A DNA stretch of 24,594 nt from an uncultured bacterium (GTDB lineage Bacteria; Hydrogenedentota; Hydrogenedentia; Hydrogenedentales; JAEUWI01). Made by a program: the position numbers and the translations under genes. Positions 7,664-19,392 of this stretch are shown piece by piece (the stretch's first letter is position 1; the number at the start of each line of letters is the position of its first letter). The notes below the pieces were generated by a model. The model ran no database searches. It was given only the letters and a program-made list of their open reading frames with translations, and was not told where the DNA came from. The stretch lies in contig CAXBPH010000085.1 in the NCBI GenBank assembly GCA_963977445.1, positions 1 through 24,594 on the forward strand, written 5' to 3'.

Positions 7664-10600
7664 TTGGCCAAATATATCGCTACTACTGGTGAACGATTTG
7701 ATGCACTGTCCATCCGCATGGCTTCTCCTGAGGAAATCCTCAAGTGGTCCCGTGGTGAGGTAAAAAAACCTGAAACCATCAACTATCGTACATTCAAGCC
7801 CGAAAAAGACGGTTTGTTCTGCGAGCGTATCTTCGGTCCGGTAAAGGATTGGGAATGCGGTTGCGGTAAATACAAAAAAGTAAAGCACCGCGGTATCACC
7901 TGTGATCGTTGCGGCGTGGAAATTACGGAATCCAAGGTGCGTCGTGAGCGCATGGGCAGCATCAAGCTGGCCGTGCCGGTGACCCACATCTGGTTCTTCA
8001 AGACCACGCCCAGTTGTATAGGTAACCTGCTGGATCTGTCTATCCGTTCCCTGGAACGGGTCATCTATTTCGAGAATTACGTGGTCATCGATCCCGGTGA
8101 TACCGGTCTCGATAAGATGCAGACCATGACCGAAGATCAGTTTCAGGATGCCCGCGCCGAATATGGCGATCGCTTCATTGCAAAGATGGGCGCCGAAGGC
8201 GTCAAGCAACTGCTGGAAGAGATCGACATTGATGTGCTGAGCGAAGAGCTTCACGCTCAGTTCGCCAGCACCACCTCGGCGCAAGGTCGCGCCAAGGCCA
8301 TTAAACGCCTGAAGGTGGTAGAAGCCCTGCGCAAGTCCGGTAACAATGCCGCCTGGATGGTGCTCGACATCATTCCGGTCATTCCCCCGGATCTGCGTCC
8401 CCTTGTGCCCCTGGAAGGTGGTCGTTATGCGACCTCCGATCTGAACGACCTTTACCGTCGTGTTATCAACCGTAACAACCGTCTGAAGCGTCTTATTGAC
8501 CTTCGTGCGCCGGAAGTGATCCTGCGTAACGAAAAGCGCATGCTTCAGGAAGCCGTTGACGCCCTGTTCGACAATGGTCGTCATGGTCGCACCGTGCTTG
8601 GCGCCGGTAACCGGCCCCTCAAATCTCTGAGCGACATGCTCAAGGGTAAGCAGGGTCGTTTCCGCCAGAATCTGCTTGGTAAGCGTGTGGACTATTCAGG
8701 TCGTTCGGTTATCGTGGTAGGTCCGGAGCTCAAGCTGCACCAGTGCGGTTTGCCCAAATACATGGTGTTGGAGCTTTTCGAGCCCTTCATTATTCATCAG
8801 CTGAAAGAACGAGGAATTTCCTCGACTATCAAAGCCGCAAAACGGGCCATCGCCCAGGGCCGCACCGAGGTGTGGGATATCCTGGAAGATGTGATCAAAG
8901 ATCACCCCGTCTTGTTGAACCGTGCACCCACGCTTCACCGACTCGGCATCCAGGCGTTCCAGCCTGTGCTTATCGAAGGTAAAGCCATCCGGGTTCACCC
9001 CCTCGTATGTCGCGCATTCAATGCCGACTTCGATGGTGACCAGATGGCCGTGCACGTGCCCCTTATGCCAGCGGCCCAGTTGGAAGCCCATCTGTTGATG
9101 ATGTCCTCTTCCAATATCTTCTCCCCTTCCGATGGTTCCCCCATCGTAACGCCTTCCCAGGATATCGTTCTGGGTATTGCGTGGTTGACCCGGATTCGTC
9201 CTGGTGCCAAGGGTGAATGGAAGCCCGAGTGGACCGGCCCCGAAGGCCAGCTACTCCAGCCGGGTAAGATCTTCATCGATACCTCGTCGGTCGTTATGGC
9301 CCACGAAATGGGTGAAATAGACTACCACGCTGCCATTAAACTTCACACCGCCGACGGCCTTATCGATACGTCGGTTGGTCGTGTGCTCCTTTGCGAAGGT
9401 CTGCCCGACGAAATCACGGTTCAGGATGTGAACCGCGAACAGGATCAGGGTAGCATTGGCGATATCATTGCCGTTTGTTACAACCAGCACGGCCACAAGA
9501 AAACCTTCGAACTGCTCGATGCACTGAAACGCACCGGGTTCAAGTATGCGACCCTTTCCGGTGTTTCCGTGTCCATCGTTGACATGGTGATTCCCGAAGA
9601 GAAAACGGCACTTATCGAAAAGGCCCAGTCTGAAGTCGAGCGAATCGACGACATGTATCAGAACGGTCTTATCACCGAAGGTGAACGTTACAATAAAATC
9701 ATTGACCAATGGACGACGACAACGGAAGATGTGTCGACCGTCATGTTGAAGCAGATGGAAGAAAACGAGCAGGGATTCAGCGGTATTCACCTCATGTATC
9801 GCTCCAAGGCTCGTGGTAGTAAATCCCAGATTCGTCAGCTGGCCGCCATGCGTGGTCTGATGGCGAAACCTTCGGGCGATATTATCGAATCCCCCATCAC
9901 GTCAAACTTCCGTGAAGGTCTTACCGTGGTGGAATACTTTATCTCCTCCCACGGTGCCCGTAAGGGTCTGGCCGATACGGCGCTCAAGACGGCGGATGCG
10001 GGTTACCTTACCCGTCGCCTGGTTGACGTGGCGCAGGACGTAAGTATCGAAGAAGAAGATTGCGGTACATTGAACGGCGTGTGGATGGAACCGTTGATGG
10101 ACGGCTCCGACATCATCGCACCCCTTGATGAACGTATTGTGGGCCGCTTTCCCCTGGATGATCTCCGGATCCCCGGGCGGGATGAGCCCCTGGCCTTCGC
10201 CGAGCAGGAAATTACCCAGGAAGTTGCGGAAAACATTATGGCGGCCGGCTTGCCGGGCATCATGATTCGCTCCGTGCTGACCTGTCAGTCCAAGCGCGGC
10301 GTGTGTGCCTTCTGTTATGGCCGTAACCTCGCTACCGGTAAGGTGGTTGAGATGGGCGAAGCGGTTGGTATTATCGCCGCCCAGTCCATCGGTGAACCGG
10401 GCACCCAGCTGACCATGCGTACCTTCCATATCGGTGGTGCTGCGAGTCGTCAGGTGGAGAGCACCGAAATCAAGATGGGCGATAACGGCCACATCGAATT
10501 CAACAACGTCCGTACGGCCGTTAATCGTGACGGTCAAACGGTTGTGGTTAACCGTGGTGGTGAAATCCGGATTGTCGGCAACGACAAAAAAGAAATTCAC

Positions 10601-11782
10601 CGTTACGCGATTCCCACCGGTTGCGTACTGCATGCCGACGACAACCAGAAGCTTCGTAAGGGCCAGCTGATTTACCAGTGGGACCCGTACAATATCTCGA
10701 TTATGGCCGAGCAGTCCGGAGAAATTAAGCTGGACGGCATGGTTGAAGGCGTAACGGTTCGCGTAGACGTCAATCCCGATACGGGTCTGGAAGAACGCGT
10801 CGTCACGGAACACAAGCAGGATATGCACCCCCAGATTACGATCAACAGTCCCGAAGGCGATATTCTCGCTTTCGCGACGATTCCCGCCGGAACCCACGTG
10901 GTGGTGGCGAATGGGGAGCAGATTCTCGCAGGTGACCTCCTTGCGAAGACGCCGCGTCAGTTCAGCAAGACCAAGGATATTACCGGTGGTCTGCCCCGTG
11001 TGGCCGAGCTTTTCGAAGCCCGTCAACCCAAGTCCCCTGCGGTTATCAGTCACATCGACGGTATCGTGGAGCTGGGCGGCGCAAGCAAGGGCATGCGTAA
11101 GGTCAAGGTCATGCCTCCCGTTGGTAAGGAACGTGAATACACGGTTCCCCCAGGCAAGCACCTGAACGTGCAGACCGGTGACCGGGTATATGCCGGTCAG
11201 CGCCTGACGGACGGACCCATTATTCCGCAGGATATTCTTGCGGTACAGGGTGAAGACGCGCTCCGCCGCTACCTCCTCGACGAGGTGCAGCAGGTGTATC
11301 GTCTTCAGGGTGTGCGCACCAATGATAAACACATCGAAGTTATTATTCGTCAGATGCTGCGTAAAGTACGTATCAAGGACGATCCCGGTGATACCGCGTT
11401 CCTGGCTCACCAGGAAGTGGACAAAATCCGTTTTGCTGAAATCAACGAGCAGACCCAGCGTCGTGATGGTCGCCCGGCGGAAGCCGAGCCCGTCCTGCAG
11501 GGTATTACCAAGGCTGCACTGAGCACCGAGAGCTTTATTGCTGCCGCTTCGTTCCAGCAGACGACCCGCGTTCTTACGGAAGCCGCCCTGAGCGGAAAAC
11601 GTGATGAATTGAGCGGATTGAAAGAAAACGTAATCATCGGTCACCTTATCCCCGCCGGTACGGGTAGTCCTCACTACCAGGACACCCATCCGTTGCTTAA
11701 GGATAAGTCGTTGGGCGATTTCTCAGACGACCTGGAAATCGAAACCTTCGAGTCCGAGTCTGCAGGCGAAGAATCCCTGTAG
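7664..11782 (+). CDS. rpoC: DNA-directed RNA polymerase subunit beta'
   Basis: Zn finger (CGCGKYK...CDRCG), catalytic NADFDGD, bridge helix [15 protein letters not shown], and trigger loop QLTMRTFH followed by an SI3-type insertion. The start is reassigned to the in-frame TTG at 7664, with SD GGAGGA (7650-7655) inside the end of rpoB. Confidence 0.99.
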   Translation: MAKYIATTGERFDALSIRMASPEEILKWSRGEVKKPETINYRTFKPEKDGLFCERIFGPVKDWECGCGKYKKVKHRGITCDRCGVEITESKVRRERMGSIKLAVPVTHIWFFKTTPSCIGNLLDLSIRSLERVIYFENYVVIDPGDTGLDKMQTMTEDQFQDARAEYGDRFIAKMGAEGVKQLLEEIDIDVLSEELHAQFASTTSAQGRAKAIKRLKVVEALRKSGNNAAWMVLDIIPVIPPDLRPLVPLEGGRYATSDLNDLYRRVINRNNRLKRLIDLRAPEVILRNEKRMLQEAVDALFDNGRHGRTVLGAGNRPLKSLSDMLKGKQGRFRQNLLGKRVDYSGRSVIVVGPELKLHQCGLPKYMVLELFEPFIIHQLKERGISSTIKAAKRAIAQGRTEVWDILEDVIKDHPVLLNRAPTLHRLGIQAFQPVLIEGKAIRVHPLVCRAFNADFDGDQMAVHVPLMPAAQLEAHLLMMSSSNIFSPSDGSPIVTPSQDIVLGIAWLTRIRPGAKGEWKPEWTGPEGQLLQPGKIFIDTSSVVMAHEMGEIDYHAAIKLHTADGLIDTSVGRVLLCEGLPDEITVQDVNREQDQGSIGDIIAVCYNQHGHKKTFELLDALKRTGFKYATLSGVSVSIVDMVIPEEKTALIEKAQSEVERIDDMYQNGLITEGERYNKIIDQWTTTTEDVSTVMLKQMEENEQGFSGIHLMYRSKARGSKSQIRQLAAMRGLMAKPSGDIIESPITSNFREGLTVVEYFISSHGARKGLADTALKTADAGYLTRRLVDVAQDVSIEEEDCGTLNGVWMEPLMDGSDIIAPLDERIVGRFPLDDLRIPGRDEPLAFAEQEITQEVAENIMAAGLPGIMIRSVLTCQSKRGVCAFCYGRNLATGKVVEMGEAVGIIAAQSIGEPGTQLTMRTFHIGGAASRQVESTEIKMGDNGHIEFNNVRTAVNRDGQTVVVNRGGEIRIVGNDKKEIHRYAIPTGCVLHADDNQKLRKGQLIYQWDPYNISIMAEQSGEIKLDGMVEGVTVRVDVNPDTGLEERVVTEHKQDMHPQITINSPEGDILAFATIPAGTHVVVANGEQILAGDLLAKTPRQFSKTKDITGGLPRVAELFEARQPKSPAVISHIDGIVELGGASKGMRKVKVMPPVGKEREYTVPPGKHLNVQTGDRVYAGQRLTDGPIIPQDILAVQGEDALRRYLLDEVQQVYRLQGVRTNDKHIEVIIRQMLRKVRIKDDPGDTAFLAHQEVDKIRFAEINEQTQRRDGRPAEAEPVLQGITKAALSTESFIAAASFQQTTRVLTEAALSGKRDELSGLKENVIIGHLIPAGTGSPHYQDTHPLLKDKSLGDFSDDLEIETFESESAGEESL

Positions 11783-11810
11783 AGAACGATTGAAATGCGC
11801 TGATACCTAT

Positions 11811-11852
11811 CATGCTAGGGTGGCCCGTAGTAACGGGCCGCCCTTTGGCATG
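11811..11852 (+). terminator. Strong hairpin after rpoC, probable transcription terminator
   Basis: AGGGTGGCCCGT-AGTA-ACGGGCCGCCCT (11817-11844) forms a 12-bp stem with one G-U pair, extendable by CATGCT/GGCATG. The U-tract is short (TTT). Confidence 0.65.
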
Positions 11853-11856
11853 CGCA

Positions 11857-11886
11857 TTGGCGGGCCTGCCCCGTCTATGGTATGCT
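11857..11886 (+). promoter_or_regulatory. Putative sigma70 promoter of the surA-like gene
   Basis: TTGGCG (11857-11862), 18 nt spacer, TATGCT (11881-11886) with an extended-10 TG. It lies immediately after the rpoC hairpin. Confidence 0.55.
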
Positions 11887-11933
11887 TCAGGGTGTTTGTT
11901 GCTTCCTTATTCAACGAGATAGGTAGACCGCTA

Positions 11934-12890
11934 ATGACTTTGCGCAATCGATTCCTGACTGTCGCAGTTTTGACTGTCGGCATGATCTTTCCCGCTGCTT
12001 CCGAAATCGTAGATGCTATTGTTGCCACCGTGGATACGGAAGTTATTCTCCGTAGCGATATCATGAATGAAATTCGGCCTGCCCTCCAGGGCATGCCTGC
12101 GGGCCAGATCGATTCTGAAGGCGATGCCATATTCGACCAGGCCCTCGATCAGGCCATCGATCAGAAGATTCTCTATCGTGAAGGTATCTTGAATGATATC
12201 AAGATCACTGATGAGCAGGTCGAAGAGCAGATTAAAGAATTTCGTAGTGATTACGATTCGGAAGAAAGTTTCCTCGATGCCTTGTCCGACGCGGGCGAAA
12301 CCATGAGCGACTTTCGCGAGCGCATTCGGAAGAAGACCGTCGCCCTTTCCATGGGGTGGAACAAACGGCGCTATCTGGAGCGGGATGCGACCATATCCGA
12401 AGCGGAAATCGCCCAGTACTATCAAGATCACATCGAACAGTTTCAGAAACCCGAGCGCGTAAAACTCTATCGTATTTTTATTGCCCTCGGTAAAGACGGG
12501 GGCGCGCGCGCCAAGACTCTGGCCCGTATTGAAACCATCCGGGAAGAGCTCGCCTTGGGCGCTGATTTCAGCGAACTGGCAAAGCAGCACTCCGAAGGGC
12601 CTTTCGCCGCTGAGGGTGGTTTCGTGGGATGGATCGGTCGCGGAGACCTCCAGGCGGATCTTGAAGAGGTTGCCTTCGGATTGGGTGAAGGGGACGTGAG
12701 CCCGATTATAGAGACCGAAACGGGCATGATGCTCTTGAAGGTGTCGGAGAAGGTGGAGGCCGGTCTGGCCGAGTTTGACGAAGTGCGCACCGAAATTGAG
12801 CCGGTCATCCGGGCGGAATACGGCACGGAAAAATACAAGCGTTGGATGGCGGAACTGCGGAAGCGGAGCCGTGTGCGCCGGTACCAGTAA
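11934..12890 (+). CDS. SurA/PrsA-like exported chaperone with a single parvulin (PpiC-type) domain
   Basis: Signal peptide from ATG 11934 (MTLRNRFLTVAVLTVGMIFPAAS). SurA N-domain start EIVDAIVATV...VILRSD, parvulin-like GADFSELAKQHS...GGFVGW...VSPIIET, and C-terminal WMAELRKRSRV. Confidence 0.85.
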   Translation: MTLRNRFLTVAVLTVGMIFPAASEIVDAIVATVDTEVILRSDIMNEIRPALQGMPAGQIDSEGDAIFDQALDQAIDQKILYREGILNDIKITDEQVEEQIKEFRSDYDSEESFLDALSDAGETMSDFRERIRKKTVALSMGWNKRRYLERDATISEAEIAQYYQDHIEQFQKPERVKLYRIFIALGKDGGARAKTLARIETIREELALGADFSELAKQHSEGPFAAEGGFVGWIGRGDLQADLEEVAFGLGEGDVSPIIETETGMMLLKVSEKVEAGLAEFDEVRTEIEPVIRAEYGTEKYKRWMAELRKRSRVRRYQ

Positions 12891-12930
12891 GGACTCAGAT
12901 AGTGCATCGCTTTCACCCGCGGCGCATAGA

Positions 12931-15047
<2,117 letters not shown>

Positions 15048-15084
15048 CAGGAGTGCCCATGGGCCCCTGCGGGTGCCCGGTGGT

Positions 15085-15381
15085 ATGAAACGCACAGATC
15101 TCACATGGTATTGGCTGACGCTGGCGCTGGTAACAGCGCTGGCGTTGGTCTATGTTCAACGCCGCGACATTCAGGGGCGTTATGCGACCTACCGTCGGAC
15201 GATGGACACGGTACAAGAGCAGAAGCAACAGGTATCAACGTTGCGCGAGACCGTGGCCAGTGAACAGCGCCGCGCGAAAGGGATGGATACGGATCCCCTT
15301 GAGCAGGAAGCGACCATTCGCCGTGTAAAACGGTTGGTGCGCGAAGGCGAAATCATCTTTCGTGTCGAAGAGCGACGCTGA
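15085..15381 (+). CDS. ftsB: Septum formation initiator FtsB/DivIC-like protein
   Basis: 98 aa from ATG 15085: one TM helix, a coiled coil, then DPLEQEATIR...LVREGEIIF. The eno-ftsB adjacency is widespread. Confidence 0.72.
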   Translation: MKRTDLTWYWLTLALVTALALVYVQRRDIQGRYATYRRTMDTVQEQKQQVSTLRETVASEQRRAKGMDTDPLEQEATIRRVKRLVREGEIIFRVEERR

Positions 15382-15437
15382 ACGTCAGGCCGCGGTGCCT
15401 GGGATCTGCTGCGGATTACCATAGGAAACTATATCTC

Positions 15438-16409
15438 CTGAGTCACGAAATCCTTTTAGAGAATCAAGAAGAAGCCCTGAAGCTCCTCGGGCAAAATGGC
15501 GAGCTCCGGAAACACCTGCAAGATGCCATGCAAGTACGCATTGTGGATCGCGGTGCCAAGGTTGCCATCATGGGTGACGACAAGAACGCCCGTTTTATCG
15601 CCGAATTGTTGAGCGAGCTGCTGGTCTCCGTGCGGCAGGGCAACACCCCCACGTTGCAGGATATTCGCGCCATTCTTGAAGGGGCTTCCGAATCGGGCGG
15701 CCAACTTCCCCCACGAATAGAGACCGAAGTGCCCGGCGTGATTCGGCGTGATTTGCGCGTCCGTCCCCGCACCCAGGGCCAACACGACTATTTAACTGCC
15801 ATCAGCGAATATGAGATGACCTTTGTTATCGGCCCGGCCGGTACAGGTAAGACCTATCTCGCCATGGCGGCGGCCCTGTCGGCGCTGTTGAGCAAGCAGG
15901 TGCGTCGAGTGATTCTTACCCGCCCTGCGGTGGAAGCGGGTGAAAATCTCGGTTTTCTTCCGGGCGATCTGGAAGATAAGGTAAACCCCTACCTCCGCCC
16001 ACTCTATGACGCGCTCTATTCCATGGTGGATACGGATCGCGCCCGCAGACTTCTTGAAGAGCAGCGCATCGAAGTGGCCCCCCTGGCCTTTATGCGCGGG
16101 CGTACGCTGGACCATTCATTCGTCGTTCTGGACGAAGCCCAGAACACGACGACCGAGCAAATGATGATGTTTCTTACCCGACTCGGCCAGGGATCACGGG
16201 CCGTGATTACCGGTGACGTGACCCAGTGTGATCTTCCCAAAGGTACCAAGTCGGGACTGGGAGAAGCATCCCGTATATTGGAAAACGTAAAAGAAATCGG
16301 GATCGTTCGTCTTTCTAAACAAGACGTTGTCAGAAACCCCATTGTACAGCGCATTATTGACGCCTACGATGAGGACCGAGAGCGTTCTGAGACGGATTCG
16401 GCGCGCTGA
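15438..16409 (+). CDS. phoH: PhoH-family ATPase (YbeZ-like); probable CTG start
   Basis: Walker A GPAGTGKT, plus RPAVEAGENLGFLPG, LAFMRGRT, DEAQN, GDVTQCDL and VVRNPIV. Family-like sequence extends upstream of ATG 15528 to CTG 15438. Confidence 0.92.
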   Translation: MSHEILLENQEEALKLLGQNGELRKHLQDAMQVRIVDRGAKVAIMGDDKNARFIAELLSELLVSVRQGNTPTLQDIRAILEGASESGGQLPPRIETEVPGVIRRDLRVRPRTQGQHDYLTAISEYEMTFVIGPAGTGKTYLAMAAALSALLSKQVRRVILTRPAVEAGENLGFLPGDLEDKVNPYLRPLYDALYSMVDTDRARRLLEEQRIEVAPLAFMRGRTLDHSFVVLDEAQNTTTEQMMMFLTRLGQGSRAVITGDVTQCDLPKGTKSGLGEASRILENVKEIGIVRLSKQDVVRNPIVQRIIDAYDEDRERSETDSAR

Positions 16410-18901
16410 TGTTGGGCCGTGCTCCAACGAAGAAAAAACGGGCGGCGAAAAAGGGGCGCTCTGCGGCCGAACGGCACCGGCAGCAAAAGAAAGCCAGCCT
16501 GGTCAACCGCGCCGTAATCGCAATCGCCTTCGTCGTGATGGTCGTCGCCATCACCAAGTCTTCCCACCGCGATCCGGTCATCGAAGTACTGCAGAGCGAA
16601 ATTGATACCCAGCTTTCCAGTCGGGAAATACGGGCGGCCTTTCATTTTGAAGCCGTTGATCTCCAATTGACCCAGGAAGCCCAGGAAGCGGTGGTCAATG
16701 AGGTGCCTGCCTATTATCGCATCGACGCACAGCGGGTCACCCAGCAGCTCGACGCGCTGCAGACCCAGGTGGCGTGGTTGCAGGCCCAGCGCCCGCAAGT
16801 GAGTGCGGCGGTGATCAAGAGCCTTTCCGCCGTAACTACCCCCGAAGAAATTGATAATGCCGTGAGTAAGACGGTGCACCAGTTCGCCAAGGGACTTATC
16901 AGCAGCGACGAGACCAAGACCTCGCTGGATGAGCACGTTCTGGCACGGTGGCTGATGCCCGACAAGGCATCCCTGCCCGGTTTGGTCGTGGAGCAGGGCC
17001 CCCCGCCCGAAACTCTTACCACGGTGCGTCTTACCTCCGATGACCCGGAAAACTTAAGCTACAACGGCAGCGACACCCTCGCTCGCCTGACGCGGGATGG
17101 GTTGGAGAAGGTTCTTCGCGCTGGAATTCGCCAGCAGACCTTGCTCCCCCAGGACAGCAGCCGCACCATTGCCCTCCTTCGCGACGCGCCCGACAGCAAT
17201 GGACAGTTGAGCACGGAGATCCGCTACGACACGGTGATGGACCCCATTGCCGCCCGTACGTATCTGGACAAGGTCTTGCTGGAGCGCACGCCGTCACTGG
17301 TAGCAACCGACGGTGCCGCAGGGGCCGACGCCGCTGACGCGCTGGCGGACGGCGCCGCACCGGTAGCCGCCACCTTCATTACCGACACCTTGCGCTACGA
17401 CGCCGTTGAGACGGCTGGTGCCCAGGAACGGGCCCGATCCGCCGTGGCACCTGTCCTCAAACATATACTGGCCTCGGAAAAGATTCAGGATGGCGGTAGC
17501 CGCTGGACGGCCCAATCGCGATCTGATGCGCGCACTTACCTGAAACTACTTCAGGGGGACGTTCACCCGGTGACCCAGCTCATCAGCGCGGGTATTGCCC
17601 ATATCATTCTTGTCGCTCTCGCCATGATTTGCCTGCATCGTTCCATCTTGCTGTTTCGCAGTGACGGCACCGCCGATCCCATGACCTTGTTTCAACTGGC
17701 CTTGCTGCTCATCAGTGGATTGCTGGTGCTGAGCCGCGTTGCCCTCTATTTTGAACCCACCGGCTTCCTGGTACCCGTGGCGGCCTGCGGTATCCTTTAT
17801 GCCATCCTGGTCAACGTGGGGCTTGCTGCCGTGGTCAGTTTCCTGACGGCGACCCTGGTCTCGGCCCAGTATGGCTACGACTGGCGTTTGCTGACCCTGG
17901 GCACGGCCATGTCGATGGCGGGCGTCTTCAGTATCTTCCGGGTGCGTCGGCGCAGCGATATGGCCTCTGCATCCATCACGGCCACCCTCGTGGGCGTCAT
18001 CATGATGGTGGCGGTCGTCCTGGCCACCGATTCTCTCTTCGACGAGGCAACGGCACGCCGCCTTTTCCTCATCGGCCTGAATGGGTGTATCTGCCTCCTG
18101 GCCGTGCCCGCCGTGCTGTCGCCGCTGGAGCGCCTCTTTGGCATTACCACCGATATTCAGCTCCTCGAGTATTCCGACTTCAACAACGAGCTTCTGGGCC
18201 GACTTGCAGTGGAAGCCCCCGGCACCAGTGCCCACAGTCGCATGTTGGGTGATCTGGGCGAAGCGGCGGCTGACGCTATTGGTGCCAACGGCCTGCTGGC
18301 CCGGGTCTGTGCCCTCTACCACGATATTGGCAAAATGCGCCGCTCCGAATATTTCTCTGAAAACCAGACCGGCCACAACGTCCACGACGAACTTTCGCCC
18401 CGCATGAGTGCCCGGGCCATTGCTGCCCACGTCATCCAGGGGGCGGAACTGGCCCGCGAATATCACCTGCCCAAGCCCATTATCGATGGCATCCTGGAGC
18501 ACCACGGCACCTGTCTCATTGGCTACTTTTATCAGCAGGCGGTGAAGGAACAGAAGCACGGAGATGTGTCGGAAGACGATTTTCGGTATCCCGGCCCCAA
18601 ACCCCAGCGTCCCGAGACGGCCATATTGATGATTTGCGACGCCGTCGAGTCGGGCGTCCGGTCCATTAAGAACCCCACAGAAGAGCGGGTTCGTGATTTT
18701 GTGGACAAGATTGTGGCGGCCCGGTCCGCCGATCGGCAGTTTGACGACTGCAATTTGACCTTGAAACAGCTTGATACCATCGCCGAAGTCGTATCCCAGC
18801 GGATCCTTTCCAACCTGCACACCCGGGTGGCTTATCCGTCGATGCGCAAGGAAGATACGGTGGATAACTTCATTCCTGCAGCGGGGAAGGCCGAAACGTG
18901 A
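16409..18901 (+). CDS. pgpH: 7TM-HD (HDIG) membrane phosphodiesterase, PgpH/YqfF family (probable c-di-AMP phosphodiesterase)
   Basis: N-terminal TM, large extracytoplasmic domain and a multi-TM block, then EAPGTSAHS, YHDIGK, YFSENQ, EHHGT, FRYPGPKPQ and ICDAVES. TGATG overlap with phoH; phoH-pgpH-ybeY synteny as in Firmicutes. Confidence 0.85.
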   Translation: MLGRAPTKKKRAAKKGRSAAERHRQQKKASLVNRAVIAIAFVVMVVAITKSSHRDPVIEVLQSEIDTQLSSREIRAAFHFEAVDLQLTQEAQEAVVNEVPAYYRIDAQRVTQQLDALQTQVAWLQAQRPQVSAAVIKSLSAVTTPEEIDNAVSKTVHQFAKGLISSDETKTSLDEHVLARWLMPDKASLPGLVVEQGPPPETLTTVRLTSDDPENLSYNGSDTLARLTRDGLEKVLRAGIRQQTLLPQDSSRTIALLRDAPDSNGQLSTEIRYDTVMDPIAARTYLDKVLLERTPSLVATDGAAGADAADALADGAAPVAATFITDTLRYDAVETAGAQERARSAVAPVLKHILASEKIQDGGSRWTAQSRSDARTYLKLLQGDVHPVTQLISAGIAHIILVALAMICLHRSILLFRSDGTADPMTLFQLALLLISGLLVLSRVALYFEPTGFLVPVAACGILYAILVNVGLAAVVSFLTATLVSAQYGYDWRLLTLGTAMSMAGVFSIFRVRRRSDMASASITATLVGVIMMVAVVLATDSLFDEATARRLFLIGLNGCICLLAVPAVLSPLERLFGITTDIQLLEYSDFNNELLGRLAVEAPGTSAHSRMLGDLGEAAADAIGANGLLARVCALYHDIGKMRRSEYFSENQTGHNVHDELSPRMSARAIAAHVIQGAELAREYHLPKPIIDGILEHHGTCLIGYFYQQAVKEQKHGDVSEDDFRYPGPKPQRPETAILMICDAVESGVRSIKNPTEERVRDFVDKIVAARSADRQFDDCNLTLKQLDTIAEVVSQRILSNLHTRVAYPSMRKEDTVDNFIPAAGKAET

Positions 18902-19359
18902 TACGCCTTTATATCTCTTCGGAGTCAACAGAAACGTACCTGTATCGGCGGGATGTGCTTACCCGTCTGGCCACCCGAATTTGTGGTGGCGAGCTAGAAG
19001 ATGCAGTGGGTATCGAAGTCAGTGTATTATTCTGCGATGATGAGAAAATACGTTCGTTAAACAAAGCCTATCGAAATAAAGATGCGGCGACGGATGTACT
19101 CTCCTTTGAGCAAGGTGACAGCCCCATCCCCGGCGAGCGACTTCTGGGCGATATCGTGATATCGCTTGAGACCGTTGCAGGCCGGAATGACGGCAATCGT
19201 GACGCAATGAGAGACGATGTACGTCTGCTCTTTTGTCACGGGATGTTGCATTTATTAGGGTACGATCATGGTACAGTCGCAGAGCGACAGACCATGAATG
19301 CAAAGCAGGCCCACTATCTGGGCGTGCATATGGAAGCCGCATGGCGCACGGATTCGTAA
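18898..19359 (+). CDS. ybeY: rRNA maturation RNase YbeY
   Basis: LNKAYRNKDAATDVLSF, LGDIVIS and the zinc motif HGMLHLLGYDH. GTGA overlap with the upstream gene. Confidence 0.95.
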   Translation: MIRLYISSESTETYLYRRDVLTRLATRICGGELEDAVGIEVSVLFCDDEKIRSLNKAYRNKDAATDVLSFEQGDSPIPGERLLGDIVISLETVAGRNDGNRDAMRDDVRLLFCHGMLHLLGYDHGTVAERQTMNAKQAHYLGVHMEAAWRTDS

Positions 19360-19392
19360 CGCTTTCGGGCAGCGAGTTGCAGTGATCTTGAG

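Noticed and set aside
3808..11782. Inteins or introns in rpoB/rpoC
   Set aside because: Lengths are ordinary, the inserts sit at known lineage-specific positions (beta-i4, beta-i9, SI3), and I see no intein splice or endonuclease motifs.
11804..11925. 8-nt complement TACCTATC/GATAGGTA that could mask the surA-like SD
   Set aside because: A match of this length is plausible by chance in 150 nt, and a predicted terminator and promoter lie between the two halves.
16671..17365. Short repeats in pgpH (CCAGGAAGC twice; the GAC-GCC-rich stretch encoding DGAAGADAADALADGAA)
   Set aside because: These are in-frame low-complexity coding sequence with no spacer structure, so not CRISPR and not a convincing contingency locus.
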